A stretch of DNA of 46,899 nucleotides from Lysobacter sp. (GCA_043775395.1 JAYVSK010000087.1:1-46899), one strand, 5' to 3'; positions 31,048 to 42,002 are shown, counted from the first letter of the stretch. Notes: generated from the letters alone by a model not told the origin. A program made the numbers and translations.

Positions 31048-31402
31048 CAATCCCACCCCAACGCATTGCGCGTAATAACGCCGCTCATATCCCCAGCGAC
31101 TCCGCCTGTCGCCGTGTTTCCTGACATTGCGGCACCTGCGCCCACACCCATCCCTGTGCTCGTTCCTGCGCCGGGTGAATAGCCAATTCCTTCGCCAACA
31201 TCACTGTAAGCAGCAACGATTGAAGCACTTGGACCAGCATGAAAATTATTCAACAATCTTGACTTTGGCACTTCGCACTGATTCTGCCAGCCCAAGTTGA
31301 CAGAGACACTAATCGACATTGGATGCGGATAGGGTTTAGCAAGACCACCGCCGCCATACACCGCACGCCCACACCACACTGCCGCTAGCGATATACACGC
31401 TA
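31044..31402 (-). pseudogene. Orphan C-terminal polymorphic-toxin fragment (Ntox22-like by recall), frameshifted at the 5' end
   Basis: VYIASGSV (another frame) joins YGGGGLAKPYP..SISVSVNLGW.NQ....LNNF..G.SAS..AAY..VG.G.GYSPG.GT.T..GVGAG. No proper start or delivery domain. Confidence 0.55.
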
Positions 31403-31814
31403 CCTGTCCTTCTCCAATAGCGTCGCGTAAGACGCGTTCTCCGGCGCCGCGCGCATCCTTGCGTCAGCCTGATCCAGCGTGTCCTCGCATAACGGCTGCG
31501 ACGTCGTCTGATAACAAAATGGTTGCGCCGTCTGCGCGAATGCAAAAGGCGGCACTCGCCCCATGCCAGCAGCATTGCCAAAATCGCTGTACCCCAAAGC
31601 AATGTCGACCGGATGCCCCCGCGTCCCTGTCTGCCCTGATCAACGCCTGCCCCGTGTCGATCGGTGTAGTCGAGCCGTCAAACCTCGTTTGGCCCAGTCT
31701 ATCTGCTCGCGGCTCTACGGCGTCCGGGGGGGTTATTGAACGCGTTCCTTGACAGTAGTCACGGCATCGCCTGTCGGGGTAGTAACGGGTCAATTACTTT
31801 CGCAGGGGTCGCCC

Positions 31815-32471
31815 TCAGCGCTTGGCACCGCCATCGATAAAGCGCAGGAATTCGGCGCGGGTGCGCGGATCGGCGCGGAAATCGCCGAGCATCTTTGAAG
31901 TGACCATGCTGACCCCGCGTTTGTGGATGCCGCGGGTGGTCATGCATTCGTGCGCGGCTTCGATCACCACGCCGACGCCGCGCGGCTGCAGCACATCCTG
32001 GATGCAGCGCGCGATCTGAGCGGTCATCTTTTCCTGCACCTGGAAGCGACGCGCATAGGCTTCCACCACGCGCGCAAGCTTGCTGATGCCGACCACCCGG
32101 CCGCTGGGCAGGTAGCCGACGTGGGCTTTGCCGATGATCGGCGCCATGTGGTGTTCGCAGTGGCTTTCGAATTCGATATCGCGCAGCACCACCATTTCGT
32201 CGTAGCCGGCGACTTCCTCAAACGTGCGCTTGAGGTATTCCTCGGGGTCCATTGCGTAACCGCTGAACCAGTCGCCGTAGGCCTTGGCGACGCGCTTTGG
32301 CGTGTCCAGCAGACCTTCGCGGGTCGGGTCGTCGCCGGACCAGCGCAGCAGGACGCGGACCGCGTCCTCGGCTTGGGTGCGGGTGACGCCATGACGCTGG
32401 TCGGCGACCGGCTGCGCATCGTGGGCAAGAGTGGATGCGTCGTGAGGCGCGTCGTGGTCGGCGGGGCACAT
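31815..32471 (-). CDS. folE: GTP cyclohydrolase I
   Basis: [32 protein letters not shown] and HECMTTRG. Confidence 0.97.
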   Translation of the reverse strand: MCPADHDAPHDASTLAHDAQPVADQRHGVTRTQAEDAVRVLLRWSGDDPTREGLLDTPKRVAKAYGDWFSGYAMDPEEYLKRTFEEVAGYDEMVVLRDIEFESHCEHHMAPIIGKAHVGYLPSGRVVGISKLARVVEAYARRFQVQEKMTAQIARCIQDVLQPRGVGVVIEAAHECMTTRGIHKRGVSMVTSKMLGDFRADPRTRAEFLRFIDGGAKR

Positions 32472-32578
32472 GTCGGGGATCTCGATAGGAGCTTCGGTGG
32501 GGCTTCAGTGGAAAATTTCAGCTGGGCATTTCGATGGGCCATCGAGGATGATATCGCGACCTCTGAACGACTACCCGG

Positions 32579-34495
32579 TCAGCTACGTAAAGGCGTGTTG
32601 CGCGGATGCAGAGGCAGCATTCCAAGCCGCGCTTCCAGCCCGGAATCGCGCCAGATGCGGCGTTCGAGCGCACGATCCAGCGCCGCTGGCGTCGCCCACA
32701 ACACTGCACCGCTGCGCGCGCGCGTGAGTGCGGTGTACAGCAGTTCGCGCGACAGCACGCGGGCATCCGCATCGGGCAGAATCAAGACGATGCGGTCGAA
32801 CTCCGACCCCTGCGCTTTGTGCACGGTCGTGACATAGGCCGATGCGTGCGCAGGCAGCTGGGCCGGACGCCAAGCGCGCAGACCCTGCGCAGTATCGAAC
32901 CAGACCGACGCATCGCCGTGCGCGTCGCGCCAGACCACGCCGACATCGCCGTTGTACAGGCCGTGACGCTCGCTGTTGGCGGCGATCATGAGCAGCCGTC
33001 CGTGAAAATAAGGCGTGCGCGCGCCCAGTTCCGCCGCGCACCATGCATTCCAGTGTTCGGCGCCGAACGTGCCGCGACGCAGCGCCGTGAGCACGCGCAA
33101 ACGCGACCCGAGCGTCAGCGCATGCTGCGGATCATCGGCATCGCGCACCGCTTCGAATGCCGGCAACGCGTCGCATCGCATGGTGTCGGCCAGCTCAGCG
33201 GCATCGCCATGACGCCAGATCAATGCCGGATCGTCGCTGCGCAGACGCGCGATCGCCGCATCGCGGTCGTCGCGCTGGATCGCCTGCGCCAGCGCCTGAA
33301 GCGTTTCGGCGTCGGCCTGCCGCCATCCGCGCAGCAGATGTACGCGCGCGCCCATCAACGGCGCGATGTCGTCGGTCGACGGTACGCGTATGCCCAGCAG
33401 CGCACTTGCCGCATCGGCATCCCGGATCGGCAGCGCAAGGCCATCGCCGCAGGTCGCGCAGAGGCCGCCGAGCACATCGCCGGCTTCGACCGCCGGCAAT
33501 TGATCCGGGTCACCCAACAGCACCAGCGTCGCTTCAGCCGACACTGCAGCGACCAGCTTCGTCATCAGCGGCAAATCGACCATCGAGGCCTCATCCACGA
33601 CGATCACATCGAAAGGCAGCGGATGCTCCGCATCGTGGCGGAATGCAACGCGGCCGGGCTGCCAACCCAGCAGACGATGCAGGGTGCGCGCCTGGCGTGG
33701 AATCGCCTCGGCGCAGGTATCGTCGAGGCGGTCTGCGAGCAGATCTGCGCGCAGCGCATCATCGATGGCTTCGCCCAGTCGCGCGGCGGCGCGGCCGGTC
33801 GGCGCTGCGAGTGCGATCCGCGGCGCGACGACACCTCGCGCATGCGCGGCGGCCACCTGCATCGCCAGCAGTCGTGCGACCGTGATGGTCTTGCCGGTGC
33901 CCGGACCACCGGTGATCAGCAGCAGGCGCCGATGCAGGGCAACGATGGCCGCAAGCGCCTGACGATCGATGTCGTCATGCGCTGGATGGGCGGGATGGCG
34001 CGCGAACAGCCGCTGCAAAAACGCAGCGAGACTCGCTTCGACGAGCGTCGCTTCGATAAGAGCCGTAGCGTTATTGGATGGCGCATGCGCGCGCCGATGC
34101 AGGTTTTCGGCCAGCGCCTGCTCGTACCGCGCATAGCGCAACAGTGCGATGCGGCCATTTTCGAATGCAAGCAAGGCGCTGCTATTGCGGGCATCGCGCG
34201 CGGTTGCGACCCGCTCGTCCGCGAGCAGCGCATCCGCCCATGCATCGGTGTCCGGCAGCTGCGCGCTGGTGCCGAGCGCATCCAGCAATCGGTGCGTCTC
34301 CGCCAGCGCAAAACTGCTGTGGCCCATCGCCACCGCACGCATCGCCAGTGCGCCGGCCAGCGCTGCCGGCGCAGAGGCGCGCAGCCGGTCGCGCAGCAGC
34401 TCCGCGAATGCGATATCGACCTGACGAAGCGCGCCTTCGGCCTGCAGCCGCTGCAGTGCGCGCGAAGCGAGGGTATCGATGCGGGTCTGGTTCAT
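32579..34495 (-). CDS. recD: Exodeoxyribonuclease V alpha subunit
   Basis: TGGPGTGKT, TLHRLLG, VDEASMVD, GDPDQL, TVHKAQGSEF and RELLYTALTRAR. Confidence 0.96.
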   Translation of the reverse strand: MNQTRIDTLASRALQRLQAEGALRQVDIAFAELLRDRLRASAPAALAGALAMRAVAMGHSSFALAETHRLLDALGTSAQLPDTDAWADALLADERVATARDARNSSALLAFENGRIALLRYARYEQALAENLHRRAHAPSNNATALIEATLVEASLAAFLQRLFARHPAHPAHDDIDRQALAAIVALHRRLLLITGGPGTGKTITVARLLAMQVAAAHARGVVAPRIALAAPTGRAAARLGEAIDDALRADLLADRLDDTCAEAIPRQARTLHRLLGWQPGRVAFRHDAEHPLPFDVIVVDEASMVDLPLMTKLVAAVSAEATLVLLGDPDQLPAVEAGDVLGGLCATCGDGLALPIRDADAASALLGIRVPSTDDIAPLMGARVHLLRGWRQADAETLQALAQAIQRDDRDAAIARLRSDDPALIWRHGDAAELADTMRCDALPAFEAVRDADDPQHALTLGSRLRVLTALRRGTFGAEHWNAWCAAELGARTPYFHGRLLMIAANSERHGLYNGDVGVVWRDAHGDASVWFDTAQGLRAWRPAQLPAHASAYVTTVHKAQGSEFDRIVLILPDADARVLSRELLYTALTRARSGAVLWATPAALDRALERRIWRDSGLEARLGMLPLHPRNTPLRS

Positions 34496-37400
34496 GGCCG
34501 ATCGTCCGGCAGTGCGTCATCGCGCACGCCATCGAACAAACGGTCGAGCGCGGCCAGCAGCACCGGCGATACCGCATCGACATGCACGCCGGCGCGCGAG
34601 ACCGCCGTATGTTCCGATGACGGCGCATGTAGATCGATGCCCCGGAGGAACAGATACACCGCACCGCCGAGATGGCGCGCATCGTCGTAGCCATCGCCAT
34701 GCCGGAGCTTCAGCCAGCGGCGCAGGGCGACGAGATAGATCAGGTACTGCAGATCGTAGTCCTGGGTGTGGATCGCGCGGCGCAGATTCGCGGGATCGTA
34801 GCCCGGCAGTCGATTGGTCTTGTAGTCGAGGACGTAATGTTTTCCGGCCGTATCTTGATATACCAGATCGATATAGCCCTGCATCAGGCCGTCCAGCGTC
34901 GTCTGCGCAGGCCTGCGCGCGCGCGGATAGCCGTGCGCCTGCAGCAGTGCGTGCACGGCATCGATGCGCGTCGGCCGCAGCCGGAAATGGAACGCCATCT
35001 CCCGCACCTGCTGCGCAGCGGGAAGATTGCACAGCTGCAGATCGCCGGGCAGTGCTACGTTGAGCGCACGCGACACCAGCCGCGCGGTCTGCGCGAGATG
35101 CGCGGGCGTGGCGGCCAAACCCTGACGCAGCAGCGCGCTTTCCAGCAGACTGCGCTGACTCTCGGGCCAACGATCTTCCAGCAGCGATGCCTGCGCCTCG
35201 GCGTCGCGACGCCACGCGTGCGCATCCGCGACTTCCAGCACCGCATGCACGGCATTGCCGAAGGCGGTCCCGCCAAGGCTGATGACTTCGATGTCCTCGT
35301 CCGGAATCGCGACCGCTTCGTCGTCGGCGCCGCGCAGCACCTCGCCGTCGTCGCTGCGCGCATGCAGCGAGGAGAAGCTGTGCAGGCGCAAATCGGTGGA
35401 GAAGCGGCGCTGGGCATTGCGCGCATGCGGTGTGCCGACATGGTCCGTATCGGCCGGTCGGCTCAGCCGCGCGCGCAGCGATTCGGCATCGAATGCGCGC
35501 ACGACGATACTGCCGCAGGAGGCCACCGCCAGCGCGTCGATCCGCGTCTGCATGCCAGCATGATCCAGCGCGTCGTTCTTCCTTCCGGTCTTCGCGCCGG
35601 CATGCAGCAGCCAGTGCAGTGCGCTGGTTTCGGTGCGGCTGTTGCGGCTCCACACCACATGCAATGCATGCTTGGCGCGGGTCATCGCAACGTAGAGCTG
35701 GCGCTGGGCTTCGGCCTGTTCTTCGCGTTCGACCTGCAGATCGACGGCCTCCCCCTGCAGCGGTTCGAGTACGTCCTTGCAGCGCCATGCGCGCGCCGGC
35801 CGGCCTTGCGCATCGTGGAAGTCGTTGTAGGACAGGCCGCGCGCGCTGGGCTCGCTGCGCCAAGCCACGAACGGCAGGATCACCACCGGATATTCCAGGC
35901 CCTTGCTTTTGTGCACGGTGGCGATCTGCACCAGACCGGCGTCCGATTCCAGCCGCAGCTGTCGCGCATCGTCGGCGGCGGCGGTTGCGCGCTGCAGTGC
36001 GAACCACTGCAGCTGTTCGGCAAGACCGTGGCGCAATGCTGATGCCGCCTGCAGCAGCTCCGCCAGATGCAGCGCATCGGTCAAACGACGGGCGCCTGCG
36101 GTCTGGGCCAGCCAGCGCGGCGCAGCACCAGCGATGAACGGCAACAGCGCCGGCAGCGGCCCGCGCGCGCGCCAGTCCTCAGCTGCGCGGGTGAAGCGCT
36201 CCAGCTGCGCTTGCGCGAGGCTGTCGTCCTCATCGAGCGTCGCGATCTGCAGCGCATGCCAACCCGACAGCCGGGTGGCAAGCGCGGCGCGGAAGCGACC
36301 GCCATCGCCCGGCTCGGCCAGACTGGCAAGTAGGGCGTGCAAATCTTCGGCAGCATCGCTGGCGAACACGCTGGCCGTGGACAGCAGCGCCGCCGCGACG
36401 CCTGCGCGCGCCAGTGCGGACTGCATCGTCAGCGCCTGATCGTTGGTGTTGGTCAGCACCGCGATGTCCGAGGGCCGCAGCGCGCGTTCGTTGCCGGCGT
36501 CGCGCAGACGCCCGCCGCTGAGCAGATCGATGACGGCGCTCACCGCAGCGTCGCGCATCATCGCGAACTCGTCGTCCTTGGTACGCATGCCGCCGCGGCC
36601 TTCGCCCGGCGGCAGCCAGTGCAGGGTCATCCCGGGCACGATCGCATCGCCGATGCGCAGATCACCGTCGCTTGCGGCGCCCGCAGCGCGCACCGGATGG
36701 AATGCGATGGTGTCGTCGATGAACGGCAACGCATGCGCGTCGAATACGGTTTCGATCGCGCGCAGCACCATGGGCGTCGAGCGGTAATTGGCGTCGAGCT
36801 CGGCAATGGCCTGCGTCGCGTCTTCGGCATTCGCAGCCGCATAGTCGCGTGCGCGCAGATAGGTGGCGAGATCGCCGCCGCGGAAGCGGTAGATCGCCTG
36901 CTTGGGATCGCCGATCAGGCACAGCCAGCGCGCATCGGGATCGCAGGCTTCGTACATGCGGCGGAAAATATCCCACTGGCGCGGATCGGTATCCTGGAAC
37001 TCATCGATCAGCATCAGCGGCCAGCGCGCGGCCAGCGCAGTGGAGAACTCGGTGGATGCCGATGCCCGCCACACGCGTTCGATCAGCTGATCCTGGCTGC
37101 ATTCGCCGCGTCGCGCCATCGCCGCATCGAATCGCGCGGTCGCACTGTCGCGCAGCGCGTGCAGCGCTGCGGCGGGTTCGGAGTCTTCCTGCTTCGGGTA
37201 GACCGCCCTAAGTGGATCGCACAGCGCCGGAAGATCCTTCGCCAACGCGTCGGGGGTTCCCCACAGCGTCGCCAGCAGGGCATGTGCATCGGCGGCGCTG
37301 TCCGTGGGCGCGGTATTCGCCGCCGTGCGCCAGACCTCGGCGGCCACGTCGTTCCACACCTCGCGGGGATCGTCGACCACATGCTGATCTGCGAGCAGCC

Positions 37401-37845
37401 CGGCGCGGAATCCGAATTCGCGCAGCGCGCGATGGCAGAACCCATGGATGGTGGAGACCGTCGCTTCGTCGAGCTGCAGCAGTGCGGCTTCGATGCGCTG
37501 GCGGACGACCGCTGCGCCGTCCCGCGCGATCGCCGCCTGCAGCACCGCATCCGTAACAGCGGCCTCGCCCTGCGGCGAGGTTTCCGGCGCCTCCAGCAAA
37601 CGGCGCGCAAGGCGCAGCCGACGGCGCAGGCGCAGGCGCAGCTCCTGGGTCGCAGCGCGGGTGAAGGTCACGGCCAGAATCTGCGACATCGACGCGCCGC
37701 GCTCCAGCAGCAGGCGCAGCACCAGCGTGGCGAGTGTGAAGGTCTTGCCGGTGCCGGCACTGGCCTCGATCAGGCGCACGCCGCGCAGCGGCAGGTGCAG
37801 GCCGATATCAATAGCGATGCCCGCAGACGGCCCCAGCGTATTCAT
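34492..37845 (-). CDS. recB: Exodeoxyribonuclease V beta subunit
   Basis: LIEASAGTGKT, IDEFQDTD, GDPKQAIYRFRG, TVHKSKGLEY, YVAMTRA and the nuclease motif GYIDL...DYKTN. Confidence 0.96.
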   Translation of the reverse strand: MNTLGPSAGIAIDIGLHLPLRGVRLIEASAGTGKTFTLATLVLRLLLERGASMSQILAVTFTRAATQELRLRLRRRLRLARRLLEAPETSPQGEAAVTDAVLQAAIARDGAAVVRQRIEAALLQLDEATVSTIHGFCHRALREFGFRAGLLADQHVVDDPREVWNDVAAEVWRTAANTAPTDSAADAHALLATLWGTPDALAKDLPALCDPLRAVYPKQEDSEPAAALHALRDSATARFDAAMARRGECSQDQLIERVWRASASTEFSTALAARWPLMLIDEFQDTDPRQWDIFRRMYEACDPDARWLCLIGDPKQAIYRFRGGDLATYLRARDYAAANAEDATQAIAELDANYRSTPMVLRAIETVFDAHALPFIDDTIAFHPVRAAGAASDGDLRIGDAIVPGMTLHWLPPGEGRGGMRTKDDEFAMMRDAAVSAVIDLLSGGRLRDAGNERALRPSDIAVLTNTNDQALTMQSALARAGVAAALLSTASVFASDAAEDLHALLASLAEPGDGGRFRAALATRLSGWHALQIATLDEDDSLAQAQLERFTRAAEDWRARGPLPALLPFIAGAAPRWLAQTAGARRLTDALHLAELLQAASALRHGLAEQLQWFALQRATAAADDARQLRLESDAGLVQIATVHKSKGLEYPVVILPFVAWRSEPSARGLSYNDFHDAQGRPARAWRCKDVLEPLQGEAVDLQVEREEQAEAQRQLYVAMTRAKHALHVVWSRNSRTETSALHWLLHAGAKTGRKNDALDHAGMQTRIDALAVASCGSIVVRAFDAESLRARLSRPADTDHVGTPHARNAQRRFSTDLRLHSFSSLHARSDDGEVLRGADDEAVAIPDEDIEVISLGGTAFGNAVHAVLEVADAHAWRRDAEAQASLLEDRWPESQRSLLESALLRQGLAATPAHLAQTARLVSRALNVALPGDLQLCNLPAAQQVREMAFHFRLRPTRIDAVHALLQAHGYPRARRPAQTTLDGLMQGYIDLVYQDTAGKHYVLDYKTNRLPGYDPANLRRAIHTQDYDLQYLIYLVALRRWLKLRHGDGYDDARHLGGAVYLFLRGIDLHAPSSEHTAVSRAGVHVDAVSPVLLAALDRLFDGVRDDALPDDRP

Positions 37846-40800
37846 GCCGCCGGCTCCTGCGCATCGAATACCGTCACCGCGATCTCGCGGAAACGCTGCG
37901 CCTGCGCATCGTCGAAACGCGCGAGCACACCATCAGGGCGAAACGCGAGCCGCAGCCACAGATCTTCGCTTTCGCCGCCGCCGCCGAAAGGTTCGAACGC
38001 CGCGTGCGCGGCTTTCCATGCCGCTGCGGCATCCGCCTTGGCATGCCACTGCGCCGCATACGCATATGCGGCCTTGGGCGCGAACGGCAGCGGTGCAGCG
38101 CTGCCTTCGCGCCAGAGCGCGCGCAGCGCAGCGAGCCTGTCGCACGCTTGCGCTTGCGACAGGCCGGTGTAGACGATCTCCACCGGCGCGTCGCTTTTGC
38201 TGTCGTAGCCGATCAGATGCGTTCGTGCCGGTTGACCCAGCTGCGATGCCAGCAACAGATGATCCAGGCCTGCACGCAGTCTGCGCTTGCCGTCGAGCCG
38301 ACCGGCCACGGCGATGGCGCGCGCATCGCCATGCACATCGTCGAACCGGAAGGCGATGCCATGCACCGCCTCCGCTGCGCTCGCGGCCACGATGCGTGCT
38401 TCATCCGTGCCGATGGCTGCGATGCGCGTCGCCGACAGGCGGGACGCAATGCCGCACGCGTCCTGCGCGATCGCTTTACCGTCGCGTCCCGGCGGCAGCA
38501 GCGCCTGTGCGCGCAGCCACGGCTCGGCCGCTTCGCCATCCTCGTCATGCGACAACAGCGCGTCGACCGCGCCGTAACGCAGCAGGCCGTTTTCGCCCAG
38601 CGGCTCGCGATCGACGGTCTCATGCGCGGCATCGGGCAGGCGCAGACCGAGCCGTTGACGCAGCCAGTGGCGCGCGGGATTGGCGAAGAAACGCTGCAGC
38701 GCATCGCGATCCAGAACCGCTGTCGCAATCGCGTCATCAGAAAGCGACATCTGCAGCGGCGGATCCGCGAATGGCGACTCCACCCGCTGCGCATCGACCA
38801 GCGTCATCGCCCATTCTTTTCGATACGAAAACCGCCGCGACTCGATGCCACCGTGATCGCCCGCACCAAACGCGCGCGGCGAGAACGGCTGTAGCGGATG
38901 CTGCACGCACAACGCCTCGCGTACCGCTTCGCCGTGCATGCGCTCGACCGCATCCAGCAGTTCGGCGATCACCGGCGACGGCTCGCGCACGCTGCCGTCG
39001 CGCGCGTCGCGGCCGCCATAGCTGAGATAGAACACGTCGCCAGCGGCGCACAGCAGCTGCAAAAAAAGAAAGCGGTCGTCGTCGCGGACCGAGCGGTCGC
39101 CGAGCCGGCGCGGCGCGCGGCCCTGGATCGCATCGACGATCCGGTTGATGTCATCGCCGGGTTCGCGGCGCGGATAGGCATCGGCATCTAGGCCCAGCAG
39201 ACAGATCACCCGGAACGGCACCGTGCGCAGCGGCACCATGCCGGCGAAGGTGACGCCACCCGACAGCCACGGGCGGTGCGGCGACGGCAGGGTCAGCGCA
39301 TCGCACAGTGCGCGCTGCACCAGCGTTGCCGGCAGCGCGCCTGCATTCGCAGCGTCATTGGCGAAATCGTCCAGCGTTTCCAGAAGCAGGCGCCGCGCCT
39401 GCGCTTCGCTGTCGTCCTGCGGCACCGGCGCCAGCAGCGCCTGCAGCGCGTCGGCGAGCCGCACGCGCCAGTCGGCGGCGGCGTGCGGTTCGCGCATCCA
39501 CGCAGTCAATGCACGCAGCTGCCGATACACCGACAGCGCGCGGTCGAGCGTTTCGGCGTCGGCGCCCTCGAGTTCTGGATACGGTGCGATCAATGCCGTG
39601 CCGTTCGCGATCTGCGCAGTGTCCGCGCCCGTGGCGTAGCCGCTGAGCAGCCGATCGATGCCGAAATCGAAACTGTACTCGCGCCAGCGGCCGGCACCGA
39701 CGCGTTCGCGCGCAGCGGCATCTTCGCCCCAGCGGATGCCGGCAGCGTCGAACCATGCGTCGATCTTCGCGCGCTGCGCGGCGTCGAGCTGCAGCGCATG
39801 CGCGACCGCCGGCGTGGCCAGCAGATCGCGGAACGCGCTGGCGGTCAGCGGCGTATCGGCCAGCAAGAGCAGCCCCGACAACATGCCGACCAGCGGATGC
39901 GACTGCGCCTGCGGGCGGTCGGCCAGCGAGAAGGGAATGTATCGCGCGTCGTCGGGCGCGAGGCCGCCGAACACCGCGCGGGCCAGCGGCAGATACTCGG
40001 CGATATCGGGCGTGAGCACCGCAATCTCGCGCGGCTGCAGCGGTGGATCGAAGCGTGCGTCGTCCAGCAGTGCGCGCAGCTGATCGTGCAGCACCTCGAC
40101 TTCGCGCAGCTTCGAATGGCAGGCGTGCAGCTGCAGCGACACATCCTCTGACACATACGGTTCGATGATCGGCGCGGCGCGATCCAGCACATCCTGCTGC
40201 AGCCGATGCAGCAGCGTGTCGCGGCCGGGCGATACGAACAGCTCGGTCTCGCGCTGCGGCAGCACGATCTCGTAGGAAAACAGCTGCGCGAGAATCTCCC
40301 GCCCGCCAGCGCCCCACGCAGTCAGCAGCGGATTGTCGCGCTCGGCGTCGGCCAACGCTGCGGGCAGCGACGCAACGCCGTCGCCACGCAGCCGTTCGCG
40401 CAGCGATTCGACATCGCCCCAGTATTCGGCGGACGGCGACGGCAGATAGAAATCGAGTTCGCTCCATTGGCCCACCACCGCCAACAGATGCAATACGTCA
40501 GGCGACACATGGATGGTGCCGAACGCGGCGACGCGCGGCGGCAGGCCCGGCGGCGCATGGCCGGCGAAAGTATCGGCATCGCGATCATGGCGCGCCAGCC
40601 AGTCGCCGATCAGCGCCGCGCGATGCGGCGTACCGCGCAGCCGCTGACGCAGCGCGCGCCACAGCTGCGCCTGCCAGTCATCGCGGCTGAGCGGATCGTT
40701 GCGCTCCCACGCCTGCAGCCAGTCGCGGCGATACGCCTGATATTTGTCGTAGGCGCCGGCCAAGGCATCGGCCAGACCATAGCGCGCGTGCGCGTGTTCG

Positions 40801-41201
40801 CCGACCGTAGCGGCAGCGCCTGCGGCGCGCTGCAGATGCTGGCGCACTGCGGACGGCAGCGTAGCGGCGCTGTCGTCCAGCAGTGCGTACAGCTGCCAGC
40901 GCAGCGATGCGCGATCCCACGGCGAGGTGTCGGGCAGCTGCGGCTGCGCGCTGCGCAGCAGCCGCCAGACGAATTCCGACGGCGTGCAGATATCCAGATT
41001 GGCCGCGACGCCATAGCGTTCGGCCAGCGTCTGCTGCAGCCAGTGCCGCAGCGTGGGCTGCGGGATCAGCACCACGTCCGGCGCCAGCGAGTCGGGATCC
41101 GCCGGTGCCGCCAGACGCGCGCCCAGATGCGCCGCGAGACGGTCGAGGCGATTGCCTGAAATCAGATGGAAGCGGGCGGAGGCGGCGGGCATCGTGATCA
41201 C
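37842..41201 (-). CDS. recC: Exodeoxyribonuclease V gamma subunit
   Basis: SGNRLD.L, HACHSKLREVEVLHD.L, RTVPFRVICLLG, RRLGDRSVRDDDR.LFL and HPLQPFS. Confidence 0.96.
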   Translation of the reverse strand: MITMPAASARFHLISGNRLDRLAAHLGARLAAPADPDSLAPDVVLIPQPTLRHWLQQTLAERYGVAANLDICTPSEFVWRLLRSAQPQLPDTSPWDRASLRWQLYALLDDSAATLPSAVRQHLQRAAGAAATVGEHAHARYGLADALAGAYDKYQAYRRDWLQAWERNDPLSRDDWQAQLWRALRQRLRGTPHRAALIGDWLARHDRDADTFAGHAPPGLPPRVAAFGTIHVSPDVLHLLAVVGQWSELDFYLPSPSAEYWGDVESLRERLRGDGVASLPAALADAERDNPLLTAWGAGGREILAQLFSYEIVLPQRETELFVSPGRDTLLHRLQQDVLDRAAPIIEPYVSEDVSLQLHACHSKLREVEVLHDQLRALLDDARFDPPLQPREIAVLTPDIAEYLPLARAVFGGLAPDDARYIPFSLADRPQAQSHPLVGMLSGLLLLADTPLTASAFRDLLATPAVAHALQLDAAQRAKIDAWFDAAGIRWGEDAAARERVGAGRWREYSFDFGIDRLLSGYATGADTAQIANGTALIAPYPELEGADAETLDRALSVYRQLRALTAWMREPHAAADWRVRLADALQALLAPVPQDDSEAQARRLLLETLDDFANDAANAGALPATLVQRALCDALTLPSPHRPWLSGGVTFAGMVPLRTVPFRVICLLGLDADAYPRREPGDDINRIVDAIQGRAPRRLGDRSVRDDDRFLFLQLLCAAGDVFYLSYGGRDARDGSVREPSPVIAELLDAVERMHGEAVREALCVQHPLQPFSPRAFGAGDHGGIESRRFSYRKEWAMTLVDAQRVESPFADPPLQMSLSDDAIATAVLDRDALQRFFANPARHWLRQRLGLRLPDAAHETVDREPLGENGLLRYGAVDALLSHDEDGEAAEPWLRAQALLPPGRDGKAIAQDACGIASRLSATRIAAIGTDEARIVAASAAEAVHGIAFRFDDVHGDARAIAVAGRLDGKRRLRAGLDHLLLASQLGQPARTHLIGYDSKSDAPVEIVYTGLSQAQACDRLAALRALWREGSAAPLPFAPKAAYAYAAQWHAKADAAAAWKAAHAAFEPFGGGGESEDLWLRLAFRPDGVLARFDDAQAQRFREIAVTVFDAQEPAA

Positions 41202-41254
41202 ATGATGCCGGAGACATCATGCGGACGCCTCCTGCGGGAGTTGCGTCGCGAAAT

Positions 41255-41776
41255 TCAGCCCTGCGCGGGCGGCGGACCGATGTAATCGGCCTTGCCCAGC
41301 GGCACGCCGGCGCTGCGCAGCAGCGAATAGGTGATGCTGCTGTGGAAATACACGTTGGGCAGCACAAAGCCGAACACATAGTGGATGCCGATGAAGTGCA
41401 GATCGCCGTTGCCGCGGATGGGAATGGTGATCGCGCGCGTTTCGGCGCCTGCGAACCCGCCGGCCGGCACGGACCGCAGATAGTCGGCGGCGCGCTGCGC
41501 CCGCGCTTGCAGTTCGGCGAAAGTGGTTTCGTTGTCCTCGAACACCGGCGCCTGGGTGCCGGTCAGGCGCGCGGCGGCGTTCTTTGCGATGTCGGTCGCG
41601 ATCTGCACCTGGCGTATCAGCGGCAGCATGTCGGGCGCCAGACGCATCGCCAGCAGGACCGCAGGATCCCAGCCCTGGGCTTCGGCATGCGCCGCGCCTT
41701 TCGCCAGAATGTGCTGCAGTTGATCCATCGCGCGGGACAGCGGCGGAACGGTGGCGGCGTACAGCTCGATAGCCAT
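41255..41776 (-). CDS. DUF1993-family protein (DinB-like)
   Basis: RLAPDMLPL.RQVQIATD, FEDNETTFAEL and LPNVYFH...Y..LR..GVPLGK.DY.G. Confidence 0.88.
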   Translation of the reverse strand: MAIELYAATVPPLSRAMDQLQHILAKGAAHAEAQGWDPAVLLAMRLAPDMLPLIRQVQIATDIAKNAAARLTGTQAPVFEDNETTFAELQARAQRAADYLRSVPAGGFAGAETRAITIPIRGNGDLHFIGIHYVFGFVLPNVYFHSSITYSLLRSAGVPLGKADYIGPPPAQG

Positions 41777-41931
41777 GGTGTGGACTCGGGGAATGCGGGT
41801 GGCGCAGTGTACGCCGCGACGGATCGATGTCGGCGCCTGCCATCGTCGAAAACACATCGTTCCATGACCGCAGCGCAACGCTCAAAATGAGCTGAGCATA
41901 TCAACCAGTGATGATGCGCAATCCGCAATGC

Positions 41932-42002
41932 GCAGGCTGGGCCGACAAGCCCCGCATGAAGACTGCGATGGGACTGCTGCTGGGCTTGTCGGCCCAGCCT
42001 GC
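41932..42002. repeat. 21-bp perfect inverted repeat, REP-like doublet (GCAG variant)
   Basis: GCAGGCTGGGCCGACAAGCCC (41932-41952) and its reverse complement (41982-42002). Confidence 0.7.

Noticed and set aside
30470-31810. A duplicated ubiE or folE 3' end bounding the toxin fragment, analogous to hslU
   Set aside because: The ubiE tail has somewhat atypical codons, but I found no second copy of either gene end.
32472-32578. Possible folE/THF-II riboswitch upstream of folE
   Set aside because: Only a short GUCGUUCA similarity; the expected paired 3' segment is not evident. An Rfam covariance search would settle it.
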